Of a DNA stretch of 45,529 nt, positions 38,696-45,529 are shown piece by piece. The DNA is taken from the sequence record SRR31156797_14836; one strand, given 5' to 3'. The translations under genes were made by a program, and so were the position numbers. The number at the start of each line of letters is the position of its first letter. Position 1 is the first letter of the stretch. Below the pieces are notes generated by a model. It did not search any database. It was not told where the DNA came from and worked only from the letters and a program-made list of their open reading frames with translations.

Positions 38696-38961
38696 ATATG
38701 GAATAGTTAGATTAGGATGCCTTAAAAACAAGAGTTTATCCTCTTAGGTAAATGTTTAAGAGAGATGGATCAATCATATCTCGACATAGTTATCCCCCAA
38801 TAAGGAAAAATAATTTGGACAGAATTGCTTAACCATAATTAAGACGACTAGTACTTAGTTTCTTTATCTGTATAATTCATGCTATGGCATAAAAATTGAT
38901 TAGAAAATGCTCCGAATAAAAATATTTAGTAAAATAATCAATTAAGCAAAACAACCTTGGC

Positions 38962-39543
38962 ATGAAGTTCTTATTTTTAACCACTTTCATCTTCCTAACC
39001 TCTTTATCCATTTTTTCTCAAGAAAAAGCCAGTGTCGAAAAGAATATTTTTGGAGCACAAATCGGTTTACCTCCATTGTTTCTATACAACGAAACTAAAC
39101 TTAGTAATTCAATAGCTTTGCGAAGTGAATTATCTGTGTCTTTAGCATTTGAATCCTTTGGAGGAAATACAGATTGGGGTATGGCTCCTTCATTAACATT
39201 AACTCCCCGTTATTATTACAATCTCAATAAACGATTATCAAAAGACAAAAGAATTGATAGCAATAGTGGAAATTATCTAGGGTTAATGTGTGGTTATAAT
39301 ACCAATTGGTATAAACCAACGCAAATACTCAGGCAATCGCCGGAATTATTTATTATTCCATCATGGGGTATATGCAGAAATATAGGAAAGTCATTTGATT
39401 ACGAGTTTAGTTGTGGTGTTGGCTATATGTGGACTTATCACGACTACACCTATTACGATTATTTCGGAAATAAAGGTCGATATCAAAACACAGAAGGTGA
39501 TGTTTGTGTATCGCTGCGCTTGACAATAGGTTATCATTTTTAG
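38962..39543 (+). CDS. Probable small outer-membrane beta-barrel protein, hypothetical
   Basis: Signal peptide (..IFSQ), amphipathic beta strands, PRYYYNLNKR...NSGNY, C-terminal LTIGYHF BAM signal. Confidence 0.78.
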   Translation: MKFLFLTTFIFLTSLSIFSQEKASVEKNIFGAQIGLPPLFLYNETKLSNSIALRSELSVSLAFESFGGNTDWGMAPSLTLTPRYYYNLNKRLSKDKRIDSNSGNYLGLMCGYNTNWYKPTQILRQSPELFIIPSWGICRNIGKSFDYEFSCGVGYMWTYHDYTYYDYFGNKGRYQNTEGDVCVSLRLTIGYHF

Positions 39544-39594
39544 AATTGGAATATTGTAATTAAATTCTAAATAATATTAGAAAAACATCTTACT

Positions 39595-41031
39595 ATGAAA
39601 AAACTACAAATCCTAATCTGCTTAATAAGCTTAATAATCGCCTGTAAATCTAAAAATCAAGAAGTAATTATAAAAGGAATAGTACTCGAAAAGGATATTC
39701 ATACATTGTTGTATTCTCCGGTTCTTAATCATGTATCAAATACCTGGTTTATGGATTCAGTAAAGGTTAATGCTCAGGGGAAATTTGTAATTACTGCAAA
39801 AATTGATCAACCATGTTTTATGTCTTTGTTATATGACAATTCCGTTAAAAGAATGATAATTGAACCGGGTTGTTCCTATGAATTAGAAGTGAATGGTACT
39901 TTAGGTCAAATAGATTTAATCAGTGGAGGAAGTAAAGTTCAGGAGTTCTACGATAATCTGTCTCATTTTTCGCCTGTAGCATGTGATTTTTTTAATGGAG
40001 ATTTATCAGATCATCATGCTATATGTAATGATTTAAAAGCTAAAATGAACGATGAAATTTCCGGACTTGATAATATTAAATGTAATCAGAAGGTTCGGGA
40101 TTTAATAAAAGCAGATAGAGAAGTGTATTATAATTTGTCAAAGGCAACGCTCGCTTCAAGAAATAATGTTATGATGCTTCGAACAAAGGATAAGGTGCCT
40201 AATGACATTATGGATCTGTGGGGTGAAGCTGTTTCTGATTCTATTATATTGCGAGGTATAAACAAAAATGCCGATTACTTTTATAAACTACTTGATTTAA
40301 AACTTTGGTATTTAATTTTTACAAAAGTGGGTTATGATGATGAGTTTAAAAAGTTAAGGAAAGAAAAGAGGCAACAAGGATTAACACATACACATAATAT
40401 TGAATTGGCTAAAGATCTCCTATCGGGTAAAAACATTGAATATTTCACAGCAACTTATATTCAGTCATGTGCACGTCAGGATAAATTTGAAAAGGAACTG
40501 ATTGGATTATATGAGGATTTTAAAATTGACTTTCCTAATAGTCCATATTCCGGCTATATAGAACCCAATATTCGCCATATCATTAGCTTTTATGAAAAAG
40601 TAGATGCAGATAAAAAGAACGAAAGTAATTTTGTTGAAAACTATCAAAGTATAAATACTTTAGAAGAATGCCTGCGGAAATTTAAAGGCCATAAAGTATA
40701 TATAGATATTTGGTCTACATCATGTGGTTATTGTAAAGAAGAGTTTGCCTATTCTTCCCAATTAGAGAAAGAGCTCCAAAATCATAATGTCACAATGATT
40801 TATTTATCTATTGATAGTGATGGCAATGATCAAAAGTGGTTGGACATGATAAAGTATTATGAATTGGGCGGTTATAATATTAGAGCAAATAGTAAACTTA
40901 TAGCTGATTTGAGAGTTAACTTCGGAAGTTTTGGAATTCCTAAATATCTGTTATTTGATGAACAAGGTAACGTTATCAACGACAATGCTCCACGACCTTC
41001 TGACTTAGGCGGGTTGAAGAAATTATTGTAA
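39595..41031 (+). CDS. TlpA-family thioredoxin-like lipoprotein
   Basis: Lipobox LIIAC, C-terminal VYIDIWSTSCGYC, YLSID, GIPKYLLFD, APRPS. Confidence 0.88.
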   Translation: MKKLQILICLISLIIACKSKNQEVIIKGIVLEKDIHTLLYSPVLNHVSNTWFMDSVKVNAQGKFVITAKIDQPCFMSLLYDNSVKRMIIEPGCSYELEVNGTLGQIDLISGGSKVQEFYDNLSHFSPVACDFFNGDLSDHHAICNDLKAKMNDEISGLDNIKCNQKVRDLIKADREVYYNLSKATLASRNNVMMLRTKDKVPNDIMDLWGEAVSDSIILRGINKNADYFYKLLDLKLWYLIFTKVGYDDEFKKLRKEKRQQGLTHTHNIELAKDLLSGKNIEYFTATYIQSCARQDKFEKELIGLYEDFKIDFPNSPYSGYIEPNIRHIISFYEKVDADKKNESNFVENYQSINTLEECLRKFKGHKVYIDIWSTSCGYCKEEFAYSSQLEKELQNHNVTMIYLSIDSDGNDQKWLDMIKYYELGGYNIRANSKLIADLRVNFGSFGIPKYLLFDEQGNVINDNAPRPSDLGGLKKLL

Positions 41032-41070
41032 AAGTAAATATATTGTGATCTTTTGATAAAGAGTAACCTA

Positions 41071-41099
41071 ACCCGGTGTATTAACGCCGGGTAGTTTTT
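41071..41099 (+). terminator. Probable terminator after the tlpA-like gene
   Basis: ACCCGGTGT-ATTA-ACGCCGGGT followed by AGTTTTT. Confidence 0.7.
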
Positions 41100-41198
41100 C
41101 ATCATCCTCCCTAATACTTCATAGGACGCATCTTTAATGCAGAGCTACTTTAAGTCTGGATGTATATAACCAAGAATGCAAAAAACTCCATTAATAGA

Positions 41199-41993
41199 TT
41201 ACAACTCCTTTTTCCTTCCCAATATAGAATACACCATGGGTAATTTATCCTCCAAGCCTTTTATATGAAATTTACCTTTCTCTATTTCAATGGTGTTTTC
41301 AAAACAATCATATGGAGAGTAATTATATTCCTGAAAATCTTCAATTGAAATACCAGCCTTTATAAGTGCATTGATAACTGTACTCAGACCATGATTCCAA
41401 TTCACTGATTTTTCCTTAATGAAATCTTTATCATCCGTATAAGTACCTTCCAATTCCTCCACAATGGCTTCGCTGTCCGTATAAGCATATTCAACTTTTG
41501 AAAAGTCATAGCTAAACATCCAAACCACAGGATGAAACTCAGCCATAACAAATATTCCTCCTGGTTTGAGAAAGTGCTGAACTACATCTGCCCATTGCTT
41601 CATGTCCGGAAGCCAACCAACTACACCGTAGGATGTAAATACCATATCGAACTGCTCATTTAGTACCGCTTTTAAACCATACACATCGCAGCAGATAAAA
41701 CGAACATCAACACCTGTTTGGGTGCATAATTCTTTTGCTTTGTGAATGGCATTATCAGAAAGATCTATTCCGGTAACATATGCTCCTTTACGAGCCAATG
41801 AAATACTATCCTGCCCAAAATGGCATTGTAGATGCAAAATCCTTTTGCCTTGAATATTGCCGAGTAGTTCTAATTCAATAGAATTGAGAGAGTCTGTGCC
41901 CTTAATAAACTCAGGTACTTTATAAAAGTCTGATTCAAAATGAATGTTGGTTCTTTTGTTCCAAAGGTTTCGGTTGATCTCGATATAGTTCAT
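41199..41993 (-). CDS. Class I SAM-dependent methyltransferase
   Basis: ILHLQCHFGQD motif I variant, VTGIDLS, FDMVFTSYG, LKPGG...EFHP. Confidence 0.92.
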   Translation of the reverse strand: MNYIEINRNLWNKRTNIHFESDFYKVPEFIKGTDSLNSIELELLGNIQGKRILHLQCHFGQDSISLARKGAYVTGIDLSDNAIHKAKELCTQTGVDVRFICCDVYGLKAVLNEQFDMVFTSYGVVGWLPDMKQWADVVQHFLKPGGIFVMAEFHPVVWMFSYDFSKVEYAYTDSEAIVEELEGTYTDDKDFIKEKSVNWNHGLSTVINALIKAGISIEDFQEYNYSPYDCFENTIEIEKGKFHIKGLEDKLPMVYSILGRKKEL

Positions 41994-42034
41994 GTCAGTT
42001 TAGTATCAATAAAGAATATGAAAAGGGGAAGATA

Positions 42035-42375
42035 CATAAATATTTACCTTTCTAACATAGAAAACCATTATACCATCATAGCTAAGAATCTTACAGACAT
42101 AGAAAAGGTATTCATAAACATAGATCTTAAACGTATGCACATAGCCATAGGACCCATGCGCATAGATGCATAAACCATATAGAAAGCTAAGTAGTCCATG
42201 CGTATAGATACTATACCCATCTAGAAAGCCAAAGAAATTACACATATAGAATGTATAGCCATGCACATAGCCATACAATCCATACAGTCAGATGCCTTAT
42301 CTATACAGACAGATATGCAACCCATGCAGTAAGAACAAGCAGCCATATAGTTAGAAGAATGCTTTAGTGAGATAA
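42035..42375. repeat. Degenerate 21-bp tandem array, ~16-17 units (CATAG core)
   Basis: CATAA/CATAG at 42035, 42056, 42077, 42098, 42119, 42140, 42161, 42266; TATAG at 42203, 42245; GnnAG at 42182, 42224, 42287, 42308, 42329, 42350. All lie in exact 21-bp phase. Confidence 0.8.
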
Positions 42376-42677
42376 AAGAAAGGAGTATGGAATTAAAACA
42401 ATTTGCATCATTCAATACATGCTATAAATAGTATTCAGAAAGAAATATACCTAGTTGAGTCAAGTAGTTTACGCATTGAGAAAAGTATACATTCTACTTA
42501 TAAATCCGCCCAATTGAGCGAAAATAAAGTATGCTTTACTTAGCATGGAGTTATTGAGGGGTTGAAATATGTGATTGTAATACAGTAGTTTGTGTGTTTT
42601 TTTCTTTGGTTTTGCCTATTTTACGGTTTAATAATTGAGTACTATGCGTAATGATAAACCATTTAATTTAAAAATAC

Positions 42678-43433
42678 ATGAAAACGAATTATCTAATCTT
42701 CTTGTTCATTTTATTAAGCTTACCATTATCCGCACAGCAATTACCAGATATTTATAAAGGAAGATGGTATGTTCCTAATGCTAAATTAGCTGATAAAATA
42801 CTTCATTTTAACAGAGAATTAAATGATAGTGTGTATTTGGAAATGAACTTTAAGAATTCAGGTGCAGTAGAAATATCTGAGAATATTATTCCTCATTATT
42901 ACAAATATGCTAAAGACGAAGCAAAGGATATAATTTCTCTTTCCAGTAATTTAAACTATAAATGGAATGTGAACAATACTGATTCATTATTTACATTGAA
43001 ATGTAAGAAATGGAATAGAGAATATCATATTTTAGACTACAGCAAAAATCATTTCACATTAAAAATGATAGAGAATAAGGTGCATAAAAAAGGAGCTACG
43101 TATTATTTTATCTCAGAGGTAGATGGTAAAAAAGTATACCAGTTAGATACTTTAATGCTGACTTCAAGTTTTCGAAAAGGTTCATTAAATAGCTTAAAAC
43201 TAGAAGAATCTAATCAGTTCACTATGTTTTATAATGTAAAAAGAGATACGCTTACCAATCAAATGGACGATGGCACCTATGTGGAGCAAATAATTGAAAA
43301 TTCAGATCAACTGCATGGCACTTGGCAATCTCATGATCTTACTCAATTTGTAAGTCTAAAATTTAACGAAGCCACCACAAATAGTTATAAAATAACAGAA
43401 AAAGGAGAATTCGTGTATTTTATAAAAGAGTAA
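42678..43433 (+). CDS. Exported hypothetical protein (beta-rich, possibly two lipocalin-like halves)
   Basis: 251-aa ORF, signal peptide ..LSAQ, GRW and GTW strand motifs. Confidence 0.75.
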   Translation: MKTNYLIFLFILLSLPLSAQQLPDIYKGRWYVPNAKLADKILHFNRELNDSVYLEMNFKNSGAVEISENIIPHYYKYAKDEAKDIISLSSNLNYKWNVNNTDSLFTLKCKKWNREYHILDYSKNHFTLKMIENKVHKKGATYYFISEVDGKKVYQLDTLMLTSSFRKGSLNSLKLEESNQFTMFYNVKRDTLTNQMDDGTYVEQIIENSDQLHGTWQSHDLTQFVSLKFNEATTNSYKITEKGEFVYFIKE

Positions 43434-43471
43434 GCTGTTATTATTTAGTTAAGCCAATTGTTGAATATAAT

Positions 43472-43519
43472 CTTTGCGTTTCTTAGCGAGTAATCCACTT
43501 TGCGATCTTAGCGTGAAAC
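43472..43519. repeat. Short CTTWGCG x4 REP-like element
   Basis: CTTTGCG (43472), CTTAGCG (43482), CTTTGCG (43498), CTTAGCG (43507), then TGAAAC. Confidence 0.6.
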
Positions 43520-43521
43520 TA

Positions 43522-43562
43522 AATAAAAACAAAAGCCATCCCGAAATATCGAGATGGCTTTA
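43522..43562 (-). terminator. Terminator downstream of the mutase gene (likely bidirectional)
   Basis: AAAGCCATC...GATGGCTTT stem. The minus strand is followed by TTTTGTTTTT. Confidence 0.85.
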
Positions 43563-43602
43563 TTATTTAATAAATCCTCTGTGGATTAATAATCTAGTTT
43601 AA

Positions 43603-45529
43603 TTACTCAGCAGCCTGAAGTAATAATCCAAGAATTTCAGAAGCTGCTTTTGATACAGATGTACCAGGACCAAAAATAGCCACAGCACCAGACTCATATA
43701 AGAAATCATAATCCTGAGCAGGAATTACACCTCCACAGATAACCATGATATCCTCACGTCCTAGTTTCTTTAATTCTGCAATTACCTGAGGTACTAAAGT
43801 TTTGTGTCCGGCAGCCAATGAAGAAACACCTAATACGTGTACATCATTTTCAACTGCTTGCTTAGCAGCCTCAGCTGGTGTTTGGAACAATGGTCCCATA
43901 TCTACATCAAAACCTATATCTGCGTATCCTGTTGCAACAACTTTGGCACCACGGTCGTGACCATCTTGTCCCATTTTTGCAATCATAATACGAGGTTGAC
44001 GACCTTCTTTTTCAGCAAACTCTTTAGCTAAAGCAGTTGCTTTTTCAAACTCTTCATCGTTTTTAGCTTCGCTAGAATACACACCACTAATTGAACGGAT
44101 TACAGCTTTATATCTACCTGCAACTTTTTCACAGGCATCAGAAATCTCACCTAAAGAAGCATTTTTCTTAGCAGCATCTACCGCTAACTCAAGTAAGTTA
44201 CCCTCACCTGTTTCAACCGCTTTAGTGATAGCAGCAAGAGCAGCCTGACACTCTTCCTCGTTACGCTCAGCTTTTAATTGCTTCAAACGCTCAATCTGAG
44301 AAAGACGTACTGCTGTATTATCGATATCCAAAATGTCAATTGGATCTTCTTTTTCCAAACGGTATTTGTTTGTACCCACGATAGTTTGTGTACCGGCATC
44401 AATTTTAGCCTGAGCACGAGCTGCAGCCTCTTCAATACGCATTTTAGGTACACCACTCTCAATTGCTTTTGCCATACCACCTAGTTCTTCAACTTCTTCG
44501 ATAAGAGCCCAAGCTTTCTCTACAAGATCATTGGTTAATGACTCTACGTAGTATGAACCAGCCCAAGGATCAACCGCTTTACAAATTTGCGTTTCATCCT
44601 GGATATAAATCTGTGTATTACGAGCAATACGAGCAGAGAAGTCAGTTGGTAATGCAATTGCCTCATCTAATGCGTTAGTATGTAACGACTGTGTGTGACC
44701 TAAAGCAGAAGCCATCGCCTCAATACAAGTACGACCTACGTTGTTAAATGGATCTTGCTCTGTTAATGACCAACCTGAAGTTTGAGAGTGCGTACGTAAT
44801 GCTAATGATTTTGGGTTTTTAGGATTGAATTTCTTAACAATCTTAGCCCATAACATACGTCCTGCACGCATTTTAGCAATCTCCATAAAGTGGTTCATTC
44901 CAATAGCCCAGAAGAACGACAAGCGTGGAGCAAATGAATCGATATCCATACCAGCGTTAACACCAGCACGTAAATATTCTAAACCATCAGCTAAAGTATA
45001 AGCTAACTCAATATCTGCAGTTGCACCAGCTTCTTGCATATGGTAACCTGAGATAGAAATAGAGTTAAACTTAGGCATGTTTTTAGAAGTGTACTCAAAG
45101 ATATCAGCGATAATCTTCATTGAGAATTTAGGTGGATAGATGTAAGTATTACGCACCATAAACTCTTTTAAGATATCATTCTGGATAGTTCCTGATAACT
45201 GATCTAAAGTAGCTCCTTGCTCTAAACCTGCCACAATGTAGAATGCTAATACAGGAAGTACAGCTCCGTTCATTGTCATCGATACCGACATCTTATCCAA
45301 TGGAATACCATCAAAAAGAATACGCATATCTTTGATAGAATCGATAGCTACACCTGCTTTACCTACATCACCCACAACACGCTCATGGTCTGAGTCGTAT
45401 CCACGGTGAGTCGCTAAGTCAAATGCTACAGAAAGACCCTTTTGTCCTGAAGCAAGGTTTCTTTTGTAAAATGCATTGGATTCCTCAGCTGTTGAGAAAC
45501 CTGCATACTGACGAATTGTCCAGGGACGC
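43603..45529 (-). CDS. scpA: Methylmalonyl-CoA mutase large (catalytic, B12-binding) subunit, 5'-truncated by window end
   Basis: Frame open to the window edge ([18 protein letters not shown]...[17 protein letters not shown]), [19 protein letters not shown]12 motif [20 protein letters not shown]. Confidence 0.97.
   Translation of the reverse strand, partial: RPWTIRQYAGFSTAEESNAFYKRNLASGQKGLSVAFDLATHRGYDSDHERVVGDVGKAGVAIDSIKDMRILFDGIPLDKMSVSMTMNGAVLPVLAFYIVAGLEQGATLDQLSGTIQNDILKEFMVRNTYIYPPKFSMKIIADIFEYTSKNMPKFNSISISGYHMQEAGATADIELAYTLADGLEYLRAGVNAGMDIDSFAPRLSFFWAIGMNHFMEIAKMRAGRMLWAKIVKKFNPKNPKSLALRTHSQTSGWSLTEQDPFNNVGRTCIEAMASALGHTQSLHTNALDEAIALPTDFSARIARNTQIYIQDETQICKAVDPWAGSYYVESLTNDLVEKAWALIEEVEELGGMAKAIESGVPKMRIEEAAARAQAKIDAGTQTIVGTNKYRLEKEDPIDILDIDNTAVRLSQIERLKQLKAERNEEECQAALAAITKAVETGEGNLLELAVDAAKKNASLGEISDACEKVAGRYKAVIRSISGVYSSEAKNDEEFEKATALAKEFAEKEGRQPRIMIAKMGQDGHDRGAKVVATGYADIGFDVDMGPLFQTPAEAAKQAVENDVHVLGVSSLAAGHKTLVPQVIAELKKLGREDIMVICGGVIPAQDYDFLYESGAVAIFGPGTSVSKAASEILGLLLQAAE

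Noticed and set aside
41940-42415. ORFs 41940-42173, 42006-42278 and 42221-42415 as genes
   Set aside because: They are best explained as by-products of the 21-bp repeat and have no recognisable domain. Kept only as a hypothesis in the findings.
4331-44484. Numerous short ORFs antisense to or nested in long genes (e.g. 4331-4513, 9043-9378, 15781-16227, 25107-25538, 44278-44484)
   Set aside because: Shadow ORFs of well-supported genes, with no motifs

Overview
AT-rich bacterial chromosome segment. Bacteroidota-type TAnnTTTG -7 promoter boxes, lipoboxes and gene content point to a Bacteroidota genome, probably a marine Bacteroidia/Marinilabiliales-like organism (inference). From left to right: the 3' end of a tRNA (probably Leu), then tig-clpP-clpX. 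Next is a ~19.5 kb assimilatory nitrate cluster: nitrate reductase fused to an NAD(P)H/FAD module, nirB, nirD, the Moco/MGD biosynthesis genes, two Cys-rich Crp/Fnr regulators, an outer-membrane porin and an NrtABCD-type ABC transporter. Then come an MBL-fold hydrolase, a frameshifted DEAD-box helicase, small lipoprotein/DUF2147 genes and a cold-shock gene. An uncharacterised exported TPR+MORN-repeat / DUF3857-transglutaminase (active plus pseudo-enzyme) trio follows, then an M48 peptidase, several exported hypothetical proteins, a TlpA-like lipoprotein, a SAM methyltransferase and the 3' part of methylmalonyl-CoA mutase. The most notable unexplained signals are: (i) a near-identical 33/34-nt non-coding motif with a flanking inverted repeat, found in the predicted nitrate reductase leader and again, in the same strand orientation but with no downstream gene, in the crp-porin intergenic region (candidate leader plus sRNA pair); (ii) the TPR-MORN/transglutaminase trio; (iii) four degenerate intergenic tandem arrays with 11, 21, 21 and 23 bp periods; (iv) the helicase frameshift sitting exactly on an A_AAA_AAG slippery heptamer. 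No integrase, transposase or CRISPR array is seen.
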